Shown here piece after piece: positions 38,949-49,933 of a DNA stretch of 64,000 nt. A program made the position numbers and the translations under genes. The notes beneath the pieces are model-generated. The model was not told the origin of the DNA. It saw only the letters and a program-made list of their open reading frames with translations, and did not search any database. Each line of letters begins with the position of its first letter. Positions within the stretch are counted from its first letter, which is position 1. The stretch comes from Candidatus Poribacteria bacterium (lineage in GTDB: Bacteria; Poribacteria; WGA-4E; JAJDTR01): the NCBI GenBank assembly GCA_965222225.1, contig CBDCTK010000002.1, positions 3,968,001 through 4,032,000 of the forward strand, read 5' to 3'.

Positions 38949-39486
38949 ATGCCTATAGATTCCACTCCTCCAAGTGATTCATCCCAACTAAAACAGACAG
39001 ATGTTTTCATCCGCGGACAAGACGGTTCGCATACCTATCGCATTCCGTCCGTCGCCGTTGCGCCCGATGGGGGGGCTGCTTGCGTTTTGCGAGGCGCGAA
39101 GGACGACCGGTTCCGATACCGGCGACATTGACCTTGTCCTAAAGCGCAGTGCGGATGGTGGCGCCACATGGGGCGATGTGCGAAAAGATCAAGCGCTCAT
39201 CGATCCGCGCTGCCAAGCGAGTATATTCCGTCACACGAGTGGAAATGCGATACTCTTTTCCAATCCGGCGAACACGGTTCGCGACCATATGACCGTCCGC
39301 GTGAGTTACGACGAGGGAAAGACTTGGGCCACCTCCAAAATGCTGCATCCCGGTCCGTCCGCCTACTCCTGTCTAACGGTCTTGCCGGATAACAGTATCG
39401 GATGTTTCTACGAGCGTGGGGAGGAGCAGCCCCGCGAGAAGATTACGTTTGCGCGATTCTCGCTAGAATGGTTGTCGGAGGGGTAA
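38949..39486 (+). pseudogene. Sialidase (GH33/BNR) remnant
   Basis: YRIP motif and Asp-boxes SADGGATW, SYDEGKTW. Frameshift at the G7 run 39069-39075. Far too short for a six-blade propeller. Confidence 0.8.
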
Positions 39487-39777
39487 GCCTCCGTATAGTG
39501 GGCGGATTTCCTGTACGGTGCGCACTGCGCACCAGCCTCTACAAACTCCAGAGGAACAACCAATGTGTAGAAACGTTGAGCACCAACACACGTAAGCCTA
39601 GCCCACAACAGGTATAGTGTAAGAGAAAAAGACATTTAGATATGTATTTCGGTTGGTAGCAGTTCGGTTCTTATGGCATCGGCAACGTATTTTCCGGTGC
39701 TGGATTTAAACAACTGATTGAGCCCAAGAGGCAACGTGGCACAAGTTACTCAGCCCCGAATGTGAGAAATTAACACC

Positions 39778-41184
39778 ATGAAAGGATCCATTACTTGGAC
39801 AACCCGACTGTTTATCATAAACCCAATACTTGCCTTCGGATTTCTTTGGCTTTGCCCGATAGGAGCAGATTGCGAAAATCAAAATCGTTTCACCTTTGGG
39901 TCAACCATATCTGAGGTTGTTGCTGCACAAGGAGAACCGGACTCTGTTGTTGTTAACTCTTTCCAACTCGATCATCATTCTAAAAAAGTGGACGCAAGTT
40001 TTACATACAATTACGGAAAATCTAAAGTGGACATCAATGTCGATGACGGGCGCGTTCACGGTTGGCGACACTATCGTGACAATCCGTTGAAAACTTCGTT
40101 CAGAAAGGATTATTTGTTGCTTCCTGAACATTTTGACACAGACAAGGATTATTTTACGCATAATGCAACAGAAGACGAAGTTATTGTAATACAGGGGAGA
40201 CCAGATTATATTGTTCGTTATAGATATAAGGTTTTAGGGGAAACTCATAGGTTTATATACGGGGATATAGACAGTGAAAGTGGTTCAGTCGTATTTGAAA
40301 AAGGAAGGGTTGTTGGTTGGGACATCAGAACCATTCCATTGAAAGTAAAGCTAGTTCCCAAGAAAAATACCGTTGAAAAAGATTACTTCACACTTGGATC
40401 CACTATGGACGAAGTGGCCGCCATACAAGGAACTCCAGATTATTACGATGGACGGACAGTAGTCCAATATGGTTCATCTAAATTACATTTGCGAAATGGA
40501 CGCGTTAGTGACTGGTGGAACTCGGACTCCAATCCGTTAAAGGTGAAGTTGCTTCCCAAGCGAAACGTAATCAACACGGATTCCTTCACACTTGAATCTA
40601 CGAAAGACGAAGTTCTCGCAGTACAAGGAACTCCAGATATGTTTGTTGGCCATGACACTTTCTATTACGGTTCATCTGATGAAGTGACACAACACTCCAA
40701 GGTATACTTTGAAAATGACCGCGTCATTGGATGGGGTAGCGAGACTTCCAATCCGTTAAAGACAAAACCGTTTTCTGGGGACTGTTTCACCATTGGTTCA
40801 ACCCAAGAGGAAGTCCTTGCTATACATGGAACACCAGATTACCAAGACGATTATACATTCTGGTACTCTGCTTCCCGCGTATCTTTCAACGATAACCGCG
40901 TTACAGGATGGTATAGCTTTCATACACGGCGATTGAAAGTAGAGCTTCTTCCCAATGAAAATACTGCTAACAGAGGTTATTTCACAATTGGATCGACGAT
41001 AGACGAAGTTCTTACTGTACAAGGAACGCCAGACGGTTACCGCATAGGAACACCGGATGACTCCGATAGAGGTAGGAGGTTCAGATACGATTTATCTGAA
41101 GTATATTTCCGAAACGGACGTGTTACTGAATGGGACAACAGCCCATACAGTCCTTTAAAGGTGAAAGAATCTCCCGATAACTAA
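39778..41184 (+). CDS. Secreted protein with six tandem ~65-aa repeats (SmpA/BamE-like)
   Basis: FTxGSTxxEVxxxQGxPD...GRVxxW...PLK repeated six times. Confidence 0.75.
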   Translation: MKGSITWTTRLFIINPILAFGFLWLCPIGADCENQNRFTFGSTISEVVAAQGEPDSVVVNSFQLDHHSKKVDASFTYNYGKSKVDINVDDGRVHGWRHYRDNPLKTSFRKDYLLLPEHFDTDKDYFTHNATEDEVIVIQGRPDYIVRYRYKVLGETHRFIYGDIDSESGSVVFEKGRVVGWDIRTIPLKVKLVPKKNTVEKDYFTLGSTMDEVAAIQGTPDYYDGRTVVQYGSSKLHLRNGRVSDWWNSDSNPLKVKLLPKRNVINTDSFTLESTKDEVLAVQGTPDMFVGHDTFYYGSSDEVTQHSKVYFENDRVIGWGSETSNPLKTKPFSGDCFTIGSTQEEVLAIHGTPDYQDDYTFWYSASRVSFNDNRVTGWYSFHTRRLKVELLPNENTANRGYFTIGSTIDEVLTVQGTPDGYRIGTPDDSDRGRRFRYDLSEVYFRNGRVTEWDNSPYSPLKVKESPDN

Positions 41185-41321
41185 AACAATCATCCTTATA
41201 AGGTGGTAACATAATGGCGATGAATCGTCGGACTAAAAGACTATGGGCAATTCAATTGCGAAAGTTCTAAAGATAAAGAAAGCCTTCATCAAATAACTAA
41301 ACCAGACGCCGACAAAACCCT

Positions 41322-42344
41322 ATGAACACAAACATCGAAACAAACCGCCTCCGAATGGTTGTCGTCGGCTGCGGCCGCGGACAATCACACGCCCGCAGTA
41401 TGCTGGCGCTATCTGACAAGTTCGAACTGGTTGGATTGGTAGACATGGACGAGAAGCGGCTCAAAGCCACAATCGACAATCTTGGCCTGCCAGCAGACCT
41501 TGCCTACACCTCATTCGCCGAATCGTTGGAGAAGTCCGAGTGTGACGGCGTCGTGGTCGCAACGTGGGCGCGTAGCCATGACCCACTGGTTGAAGAGGCG
41601 ATCAAAGCCGGCAAACACATCATGGTGGAAAAGCCGTTCACGCTTGAGGTCGCCCCAGCCCGACGACTGACGGAGATGGCGGAGGCGCGCGGTCTGAAAA
41701 TCGTTGTCACCCAACAGTGGCGCTACATGCCGGGGAGACGCACGATTCGCCGCTTGATGACGGAGAAGGCTTACGGCGAACTCCAAACCGGGCACATGGT
41801 GACCTACAAAGCCCGCGGCGGCGAATATCCGGATTCCGAACATTCGCAACTTTGGCAGATGACCGTCCACGAGATTGACGCGCTAATCGCAATGGTGAAC
41901 CAGAATGTCGCGGAAGTGTACGGACATTCCTACCGTCCACCGGCAACCACGTGGCGCCGTGAATCCACCGCCACAGCCGAGATTACCTTCGAGAGCGGTG
42001 CACGCTTCGCGATCGTCTCCACGTCCGATGCACGTGCCGAGGGCAACGAGTTCCGCGCTGAATGCGAACGCGGCGCCATCGTCTTGCACTCTACGGGGGC
42101 TTTTGGTGGAGAGGAAACCTTGCTCGTCGGGACTGACCGCAGCGTTGGATTGCAGCCGCTAGAAATAGATCCCGGGCTATCCGATGATCAACTCGATCAA
42201 CACGTTGCCGTGACATTTGCCGATTGGGTAAACGGAGGACCCGAACCGGAGACTAGTGGCAGGAACAACCTGCATGTCTTGGCTATCCTGAATGCCCTCA
42301 TTGATTCGGGAGCGTCGGGAAGGCCGGTAAGAGTGGAAATTTAA
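41322..42344 (+). CDS. Gfo/Idh/MocA oxidoreductase
   Basis: VVGCGRG, GKHIMVEKP. Confidence 0.9.
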   Translation: MNTNIETNRLRMVVVGCGRGQSHARSMLALSDKFELVGLVDMDEKRLKATIDNLGLPADLAYTSFAESLEKSECDGVVVATWARSHDPLVEEAIKAGKHIMVEKPFTLEVAPARRLTEMAEARGLKIVVTQQWRYMPGRRTIRRLMTEKAYGELQTGHMVTYKARGGEYPDSEHSQLWQMTVHEIDALIAMVNQNVAEVYGHSYRPPATTWRRESTATAEITFESGARFAIVSTSDARAEGNEFRAECERGAIVLHSTGAFGGEETLLVGTDRSVGLQPLEIDPGLSDDQLDQHVAVTFADWVNGGPEPETSGRNNLHVLAILNALIDSGASGRPVRVEI

Positions 42345-42724
42345 GTGGGGTTTATCCATCCGCAACCGAGCCGGGATTAGCTGCGTGCCACTCTAAGCTC
42401 GACTTTGTACAAACGTACAACGGTTGGGTTGAACGGAAACCCGTACAACACCAAACCCTAGGCGTGGGCCAAGGGATAGAGATCCCGTTGCCCCGCATTG
42501 GAAAGATTTGATTAATGCTGTTAATGCACTTCAAAAATAGAGAAATGGTATTAATATCAGAAATCTGAACTCATGCCATGAGTTAGGCGGATTAGAAATC
42601 TGCCCTACAGTCAACCCACAAGCAATGATAACCCTTTTCTAATCCAATTCATACCCACACAAAGGAGAGGCGGCGTTCCTCCCAACATTAGGAACAGGTA
42701 TCAGGAATCGTCGCAACGGAGTTT

Positions 42725-43339
42725 ATGGTCGCTATACAAGAAGAGAATGTTTTACGTGTGATTCATCGAATGGAAGAGGAAGACACCGAGGATCGGCGCA
42801 TACGCAGCCAGCAGGGCAAAGAGAAAAGCCAAGAACCGATGCTAACCCTCCATCCTGACACTGCACGGCTGTGTCACATCATGGTTCAATCCATCTGTGC
42901 CCAGAGATTGGTGGAAATTGGCGGCTCCTACGGTTACTCCACCGTCTGGCTGGCTCATGCCGCGCGTATCACCGGAGGACAGTTCACCTCCTTGGAGGTT
43001 AATCCAAAGTTGATTGAAATCGCCAAGCGGAACGTGGCGGAAGCCGGATTGACGGATAACGTCACGCACATTTCGGGAGATGCGCGCGAGACATTAGTTT
43101 CTGTGGAAGGACCCCTAGACTTCGTGCTGCTAGATTGTTGGGAACCGCTGTATGTGGAGCTTCTCGACCTTATCGCTGCCAAATTGCGTCCCGGCGGGCT
43201 GCTCGTGGCGGACAACGTTATTCCCGGAAGAGAGGGGTCGGACGAGTATATTCAAGCATTGGCGGATCACCCTCTGATGGAAACTGTCAGTGTCCCTATC
43301 GGCAAAGAGATTGAAGTCAGCGTAAAAAGATTAGAATAA
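42725..43339 (+). CDS. SAM-dependent O-methyltransferase
   Basis: VEIGGSYGYSTVWLA, DFVLLD, LRPGGLLVADN. Confidence 0.9.
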   Translation: MVAIQEENVLRVIHRMEEEDTEDRRIRSQQGKEKSQEPMLTLHPDTARLCHIMVQSICAQRLVEIGGSYGYSTVWLAHAARITGGQFTSLEVNPKLIEIAKRNVAEAGLTDNVTHISGDARETLVSVEGPLDFVLLDCWEPLYVELLDLIAAKLRPGGLLVADNVIPGREGSDEYIQALADHPLMETVSVPIGKEIEVSVKRLE

Positions 43340-43376
43340 GCTGATTGACGGCTTAAATTATCTAACTCAAGCTCTT

Positions 43377-43872
43377 GTAGGGTGGGCACTGCCCACCATT
43401 TCTTGTAGGGAGCGATCGACAATCGCCACCCTCATTTCCTACCTTTACACGTGTATAGTCGGGCCTCACCAAATGTCAAAGCCCCAGAGTGGGATCAAGG
43501 GAGCGAATAGCGATCAAGGGAATGGATAATGACCGCGATAGAAAATCCTACTCGTTATTCATTCCCTCGATCGCAATAAGAGGGGAAATCGGCGATTTGA
43601 TGATTCCCGATCGCACCCTACAAACTAAGATAATCTATGTAGGAGCGATCTCCGAATCGCGACTCCGATTGTGTCGCCACGCTTGGACTTTAGTATTTGA
43701 GTCAGGCATTGCGATGGATATTGCGCTCCGCTGGAGCGCAGGCATGACAGGTTGGGTCTCTACAGACATGGAGATTGCTATCGCACTCCCTGTTCAGTCG
43801 TTTGATCTCCTCCGGAGCGAAAGCAGAATAGTATGGGGATTTTGCTGTAGGGAATAACAATCGTTATTCCTT
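43377..43872. repeat. Cluster of GTAG-type REPs and hairpin units
   Basis: GTAGGGTGGGCACTGCCCACC and GTAGGAGCGATCTCCGAATCGCGAC; units at 43493-43541 (+) and 43778-43807 (-). Confidence 0.75.
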
Positions 43873-43926
43873 CTAAAAGTCTAAACGGGAATTTCCCATG
43901 ATCCGACCAAGTTCTCGGGCTATTTA

Positions 43927-46038
43927 CTATCTCCCGCGAACGGAAACATCCCGAAAGTCAACGCGGCCCTCGGTGCAAACCAGAGCGACGCTGCCGGTTA
44001 ACAGTGGACGATTTGTATCCGAGTACTCGAAGACGACATTGCCGTCAATGCAGGCAATCAAGTTTGAACCCGCCGCCTCCAAGCGCAGTTCGTAGTCCGT
44101 ATCCCAGTTCCAAGCAAATTCTTTCTCGGCAATTTTCCTCCGTCCGTCAAGTTCCTTAATTAGGCGCAGTTTCCCGTCATCGCAAAGCAGGAGGGCGTAA
44201 TATCGCTTGAGGCCTTGAACACACACCGCGATTCCGGCCTCCTTGGCAAGATGCGGATTGACTAAAGCTGAAAAGGAATAGTTCTCCCACTCGCGAGTTC
44301 CCTGAATAAATAAACCCGTGTCGTGATTTTGCATGATTCGATAGGCCGCTACGTCTGCTCTGCTGGTAATCGCGTTGTCGACAGCGTCGATCCATGCCCG
44401 TTTCCACATCGTGCCACCCGAAGACGGTTTGATTAGCGAAAGTTCCGGCGTGCCCTTCCAAGTCAGGTAATCAAGGTATACCACGCCGGACGCTCCGGCG
44501 TCCGAACTCACCTCGATTCCCACAGCCGCGATCGGGGCGCCATCCGTCGGATCCACCTTCCAGTTGAACAACGCCTCGCCTCCCGGTGAAACCTCGTGCG
44601 TCTCGCCTCGCCGCATGACCAAAGCGTCATCCGCTCCGTAGACCTGAATGTAAAGCGTACACGTCACCGTCTGGCAGTTTTCCTTGTCTGCGGTTAGGCG
44701 CGCTTGAACTGTTTGCCCCGAATAGAGTGTGGGCGACGCCATCAACTGATATCCCGGCATATCAATGGCTTCGGGCGGAATGAAGGTCGGCGTTGCCACG
44801 CGCGCCATTCTGCCGACCGCCAGTTGATTGTATCGGATGGCTAGGCTTCGGGTGCCGCTAACGCTATTGCCAACGACGTTTTCAATCACCGCGGTTCCGT
44901 CGCTTTCCGGGCTTTCCTCAAGCGTGAACCCTTGCACCGACCCCGGAAGTTCAAAGTGGAATCGCGCTCCGTTCTTGGGCGATTCAATCGGCTGATTTGC
45001 CAGCGCCCGTGCTGCCTTACTGATTGTATATGTCTCGCGCACGGCATCCGTGACGGCGCGCCCTCCGTCGGCGGCAGAAATATAAAGCCGGTCCGCAACA
45101 GGGCGGCGCCAATCGGGACCGGCGTCAATTCCAGCCAATCCGTTCTTGATTCCCATAATGCAACCAACGTTTCCAGAATTACAGTCGGTATCCCACCCCG
45201 CCGTGTTCACGATTGTCAGGGCGCGCTGAAAGTCGTCCTCGCTGTAGAGCAGAGCGAGAACAATCAAGGCGTGATTCGGCACCATGTGCACATTCCCGCC
45301 GTACTTGTCATAACCGTAATTGGCTGCGATTCGCTCACGCGTCAGACGCCAGTCGCCGTCCCGCTGATGCCAGTCGCGAAGATCATCAATCAGTCGGTAT
45401 ATAACCGAATTTTTGGGAATGAAACCGATCGCCGTATCCAACAGGTTGTCAATGTTGGATTCCGCGAATGCCTGCGCCTCAATCGTGGCGACGACTTGTG
45501 CGCCGTAAATGGCTTCGCCGTCATGGCTAACGCTCGCGGCTCTGCGCGCAAATTCAACGGCGAGTTCAGGGTTGCCGGGACAAGCCATCCCCCAGGCGTC
45601 GATAAATATCTGCGCGCCAATCTGCTCGGCGACTACTTGACTGTTCAACTCGATTGAGCCGCTTTGAGGTGCGGGCGTGCCTGCCTTGAGGCGCAAAAAG
45701 GCGGTGTGCTCCGTTGAATTGCCCATGCCTCCCCACCAGAGGATAGTCCGCCCTTCAATTATGTAATTGAGCCAAGACTGACCAATCTGTTGCGGTGTGA
45801 GTTCGCTGTTGTCCCCATAATCCGCCAACGCCCGGAAAAAAGTAAAGGTGCCGGAGATGTCGTCGTCCGTGACAATCAGCGGCTTGTTCAGCCGTTCGTG
45901 GACATAGTAGTTGATTTCTCCGAGATCAGCCATGATTTGGTCGTACGTCCAGTTCTCAAAGGGGCGTCCCAGGTAGACGCCGATTATCTTGCCAAGAACG
46001 CCGGCGTATAGGCGCTCCTCATAGTCATTGGGTATCAT
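43927..46038 (-). CDS. ADP-ribosylglycohydrolase family protein with a C-terminal beta-sandwich
   Basis: GKIIGVYLGRPFE, TDDD, HDGEAIYGA, GWDTDCN. Confidence 0.88.
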   Translation of the reverse strand: MIPNDYEERLYAGVLGKIIGVYLGRPFENWTYDQIMADLGEINYYVHERLNKPLIVTDDDISGTFTFFRALADYGDNSELTPQQIGQSWLNYIIEGRTILWWGGMGNSTEHTAFLRLKAGTPAPQSGSIELNSQVVAEQIGAQIFIDAWGMACPGNPELAVEFARRAASVSHDGEAIYGAQVVATIEAQAFAESNIDNLLDTAIGFIPKNSVIYRLIDDLRDWHQRDGDWRLTRERIAANYGYDKYGGNVHMVPNHALIVLALLYSEDDFQRALTIVNTAGWDTDCNSGNVGCIMGIKNGLAGIDAGPDWRRPVADRLYISAADGGRAVTDAVRETYTISKAARALANQPIESPKNGARFHFELPGSVQGFTLEESPESDGTAVIENVVGNSVSGTRSLAIRYNQLAVGRMARVATPTFIPPEAIDMPGYQLMASPTLYSGQTVQARLTADKENCQTVTCTLYIQVYGADDALVMRRGETHEVSPGGEALFNWKVDPTDGAPIAAVGIEVSSDAGASGVVYLDYLTWKGTPELSLIKPSSGGTMWKRAWIDAVDNAITSRADVAAYRIMQNHDTGLFIQGTREWENYSFSALVNPHLAKEAGIAVCVQGLKRYYALLLCDDGKLRLIKELDGRRKIAEKEFAWNWDTDYELRLEAAGSNLIACIDGNVVFEYSDTNRPLLTGSVALVCTEGRVDFRDVSVRGR

Positions 46039-46469
46039 CAAAAGTGAATACCTCCCGTATTGTAAAATGTTCAGAACTTGCGCAAATCGCAGAAATGATG
46101 ATATTCCGCGAGAATCTTATATTGCAGGACTCTTCTAGGGAATTGCGAGGAATTTCTATTGCATTCGCTACGGGAACTCTATCGCACGGGATTTGCTATC
46201 GCACTCGCTAATCGCTCCCTTGATCCCTACAATAACGCTCCCTTGCCATCGTCAAGGAAATTCGATAATATAATGGCGAAACTTGACACCGCTCGTCCGT
46301 AGCATGGTGCCTCTTCCCCTGATTTTACCATATATTCCCTTCGGGATTGTACCTTTATACATAGTCCAGGTTAATATCAATAGCTCTGAGCGCCCTGTGA
46401 GAAGAGAACATCAACCGGTTAGACTTGGCAGAACTCTATGAACTGGCTCGTGCCATCATAACGCAATGA

Positions 46470-46750
46470 AATCGAACGAGCGAATAACGAATGCGATAGA
46501 AATCCCTATTTTCTTGAAAACGCCATTCTTTCTTGCGCAATCCCGTAGCGTGCGATCAAAGGAATGAATAATGACTGCGATAGAGATCCCCTGCGCACCA
46601 GCCTTTGTAAGCCCCAGAGTGGGATCAAGCTAGCGAATAGTGAGTGCGATAGAAATCCTGACAGGTGTATAGCAGGCGACCACAAAAGCATGAAAAAGCC
46701 GCACCAAAAGTGACCGAAATTGCTTTGTCACCTATTGTTCAAACAGGCTC
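46470..46750 (+). repeat. Hairpin-unit stack within a partial IS5-like MITE
   Basis: Units at 46554-46583 (AG/CT, AT/AT) and 46623-46652; right TIR TTCAAACAGGCTC. Confidence 0.75.
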
Positions 46751-46781
46751 TAAAATTTCTATCGCACTCGCTTGATCGCTA

Positions 46782-46810
46782 TTGACAAACGTTTGGAGAA
46801 GTGCTATGCT
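46782..46810 (+). promoter_or_regulatory. Sigma70 promoter
   Basis: TTGACA-17 bp-TATGCT with an extended -10 TG. Confidence 0.65.
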
Positions 46811-46943
46811 AAACGGCGTAGCATTGTCCACATTGGGACAGGAAGGAGGTGATCATTCTGCTAGCCGACTTTAGCGGAATGGTCAAGGGAGGTGCTGACT
46901 CCTAGGAGCCAGCGCATCCCTTAATCATTCCGTTTTTCCAGTC

Positions 46944-47029
46944 AAAGCCCTCCTCTCGATCTCCCTAACCCCTCGTCCCCAATAGTTTGGGGGTTGGGGA
47001 GCAGAGGAGATGGGGAGTAGGGCTTTTTT
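46944..47029 (+). terminator. Long intrinsic terminator-like hairpin
   Basis: AAAGCCCT...AGGGCTTTTTT enclosing C-rich and G-rich arms. Confidence 0.55.
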
Positions 47030-47108
47030 CGTGAGTCAAGGAACGGTTGAGAACGGTGTGGCAATGTGGCAGATAAATTACGAAGCGAATTGTGGAAAGG
47101 AATGAATC

Positions 47109-47906
47109 ATGATTTCTGTAATTATCGATGGCGCATGCGGACGCATGGGGAAAATGATTACCCAAGGTGTGGTAACACAAAGTGACATGCAATTGGTTGG
47201 CGCCATCGAATACAGCGGGCATCCCCAAATTGGTCAGGATGTGGGTGAGTTTGTCGGTGTAGGAACACTCGGGGTTTCGATTAGTGACAGTCTATCCGAA
47301 ATTCTGGACGAAGCGGACGTGGTCATTGAATTTACCGCGCCCAGTGCATCGATTGAACATCTGCGTAACGTCGTCGATGCCGGTAAAACAATAGTTCTTG
47401 CGACGACGGGATTCACGCAGGCTGAGCTTGCGGAGGTTCACGAACTAGCCGAAAAGATCTCGTGCGTGATGGCTCCCAATATGAGCGTCGGTGTCAACGT
47501 TATGCTCCAAGCCATTCAACTTGTGGCGAAAGCGCTTGGCGATGACTATGACGTTGAGGTCATTGAAGCGCACCATAACCAAAAGGCGGATTCCCCTAGC
47601 GGGACGGCGTTGCGAATCGCCGAAGTGTTGGCGGAATCACTTGATAGAAATCTCGCCGAGGTTGGCGTTTACGGCAGGCACGGTATGGTCGGCGCTCGGT
47701 CGCAGAAAGAGATTGGGATACACGCTATCCGCGGTGGCGATATTTCGGGCGATCACACGGTGCTCTATGCCGGCGCCGGAGAACGGATTGAAATCACGCA
47801 CCGGGCGCACACACGAGAGGCATTCGCCAAAGGCGCCATCCGCGCCGCACGGTGGGTGGTGAATGCGCCGAAGGGGTTGCATGACATTTCGGAAGTTCTG
47901 TTCTAG
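47109..47906 (+). CDS. dapB: 4-hydroxy-tetrahydrodipicolinate reductase
   Basis: GACGRMG, APNMSVGVN, EAHHNQKADSPSGTA. Confidence 0.96.
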   Translation: MISVIIDGACGRMGKMITQGVVTQSDMQLVGAIEYSGHPQIGQDVGEFVGVGTLGVSISDSLSEILDEADVVIEFTAPSASIEHLRNVVDAGKTIVLATTGFTQAELAEVHELAEKISCVMAPNMSVGVNVMLQAIQLVAKALGDDYDVEVIEAHHNQKADSPSGTALRIAEVLAESLDRNLAEVGVYGRHGMVGARSQKEIGIHAIRGGDISGDHTVLYAGAGERIEITHRAHTREAFAKGAIRAARWVVNAPKGLHDISEVLF

Positions 47907-47935
47907 GAATATCTTGCCGCAAAACAGGTGATTTG

Positions 47936-49891
47936 ATGAAGCGCCATCGTGCCGATACGTTCCATAGTCCATTTTCTAGAATCCTGTCGATTGTCGCCGG
48001 GATTGCGATTCTTGTCATGTGTGGTTGCGAGACCGGTCGCGAATCGAAATCGGGGCGCTGGAAAGCTGTCCGGCGTGCGGATTGGGATGCACGCTTCTAC
48101 GATGTATTTTTTATCGACAAGAATACCGGATGGGCGGTAGGAAATCACGAGGGGAGTTCTCTCACGGAAGAACTGGAGAGTGTTATCGCGCATACAACCG
48201 ATGGCGGTACGACGTGGATAACTCAAAGCAGCGGTGTTTATGAGCAACCGCTCCGGAAAATACATTTTGTCGATGCTCGGAGGGGCTGGATTGCCGGTGG
48301 TGGCGGGGTTGTTCTCTATACGGAAAACGGTGGAAAAGATTGGGTGAGGCAGAGGACAAATACCTTCAGCGATTTGAATGATATTCAATTCCTGTCACCG
48401 CGGGAAGGCTGGGCGGTCGGCGATTGGGGTACCGTGCTGCATACCCGCGATGGAGGGAAAACCTGGACGAAGCGGGTGTTTGGTTTGGGTGAAAGAGACT
48501 CGTTGTGGGGGGTATATTTTCTCGACGAGCGATACGGCTGGATTGTCACGAAAGCAGGTTTGATATACCATACGCGCGACGGTGGAGGTACCTGGGGGAC
48601 GCAGAAATCGGGCGTAGGTTACGCGTTGTCCCATGTGCATTTCGTTAATCGAACCACGGGCTGGATCGTTGGCGACAGACGGACAATCTTAAAAACCGTA
48701 AACGGCGGGCAAACCTGGAATTATTTGACACAAGGTACAAACAATCGACACAGAACGGTCTACGGGCAACCGCTCCGCATGGAGGGTATACCGTTGCACA
48801 GTTTCCTTCTGTACGACCTCTGTTTTGTCGACGAGAATCACGGATGGATTGTCGGCGACCTGGGCGTGGTATTGCACACAAGCGATGGCGGGACGACGTG
48901 GAAACATCAGAGGGGAGGTCACCGATTCCATGTTGGAGGAGACAATGTTCTGCTCGGGGTGCATTTTGTGGACAATCGGGTTGGCTGGGCGGTCGGCGAA
49001 TCCGGGACGATTTTCAAAACAGCCAACGGCGGCGTGACGTGGCAACTACAGTCCTCGCAAAGCTATCTACTCTACGACCTCCACTTTGTCAACGATAAAG
49101 TTGGATACGCGGTTGGCGATCGCGGCGAGATCTTGTATACAAATAATGGAGGAAAGGATTGGGAGTCGCAGGACAGCCGAACGACCGAGTGTTTTGGCGG
49201 AACACACTTCATCAATGAAAAAGTGGGATGGGCGGTTGCGGAGTTCGGAACGATTCTGCACACGCAAAACGGCGGAAAAACCTGGGAATCGCAGGAGACA
49301 AACACGGCATATTTCCTTTTGGGCGTCTTTTTTGTCGACGAAAGCACGGGATGGGCGATTGGTCAGCGCGGCGCCATTATCCACACAACCGATGGCGGAA
49401 AAACCTGGACTTCGCAGGATAGCGGCGTGCAATACAACCTGTTCGGGGTTCACTTTGTTGACGTCAGATCCGGATGGGTTATCGGTCTTGACGGGACTCT
49501 GTTGCACACAACCGACGGCGGAATGAATTGGGTGCAGCAACAAGACTTCGGTGAATTATGGCTTGACGACATCTTCTTTGCCGATCTTCGCCACGGCTGG
49601 ATAGTCGGGGTTGATGGAACGATTATGCGCACCGGGGATGGCGGTAACACATGGGAGCGGCAGCAAAGCAACACAACGAACTTCTTGGACAACGTGTTTT
49701 TCCTTGACACGAACGAAGGCTGGGTTGTAGGCGGAGAGGGCGTTGTGCTGCACACTACCAATGGAGGTCAGAATTGGCGTCCTCAATGGTGTGAAACTCG
49801 ATACGACTTGAAAGCAATCCATATGACGAGTCCGAAGAAGGGCTGGATTGTCGGTAACCTGGGGATTATCTTGAAATACGTGGTGGAGTAA
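47936..49891 (+). CDS. YCF48-like beta-propeller (BNR repeat) protein, probable lipoprotein
   Basis: About 14 repeats of GWxVG..G.ILHTxDGGxTW. Confidence 0.88.
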   Translation: MKRHRADTFHSPFSRILSIVAGIAILVMCGCETGRESKSGRWKAVRRADWDARFYDVFFIDKNTGWAVGNHEGSSLTEELESVIAHTTDGGTTWITQSSGVYEQPLRKIHFVDARRGWIAGGGGVVLYTENGGKDWVRQRTNTFSDLNDIQFLSPREGWAVGDWGTVLHTRDGGKTWTKRVFGLGERDSLWGVYFLDERYGWIVTKAGLIYHTRDGGGTWGTQKSGVGYALSHVHFVNRTTGWIVGDRRTILKTVNGGQTWNYLTQGTNNRHRTVYGQPLRMEGIPLHSFLLYDLCFVDENHGWIVGDLGVVLHTSDGGTTWKHQRGGHRFHVGGDNVLLGVHFVDNRVGWAVGESGTIFKTANGGVTWQLQSSQSYLLYDLHFVNDKVGYAVGDRGEILYTNNGGKDWESQDSRTTECFGGTHFINEKVGWAVAEFGTILHTQNGGKTWESQETNTAYFLLGVFFVDESTGWAIGQRGAIIHTTDGGKTWTSQDSGVQYNLFGVHFVDVRSGWVIGLDGTLLHTTDGGMNWVQQQDFGELWLDDIFFADLRHGWIVGVDGTIMRTGDGGNTWERQQSNTTNFLDNVFFLDTNEGWVVGGEGVVLHTTNGGQNWRPQWCETRYDLKAIHMTSPKKGWIVGNLGIILKYVVE

Positions 49892-49933
49892 AGCGCTTGC
49901 GTATCCACATTCACACAGTCGCGAGGGGGAAAG

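Noticed and set aside
46811-47108. Lysine riboswitch before dapB
   Set aside because: Conserved L-box motifs were not recognisable by eye; kept only as an unassigned leader or sRNA.
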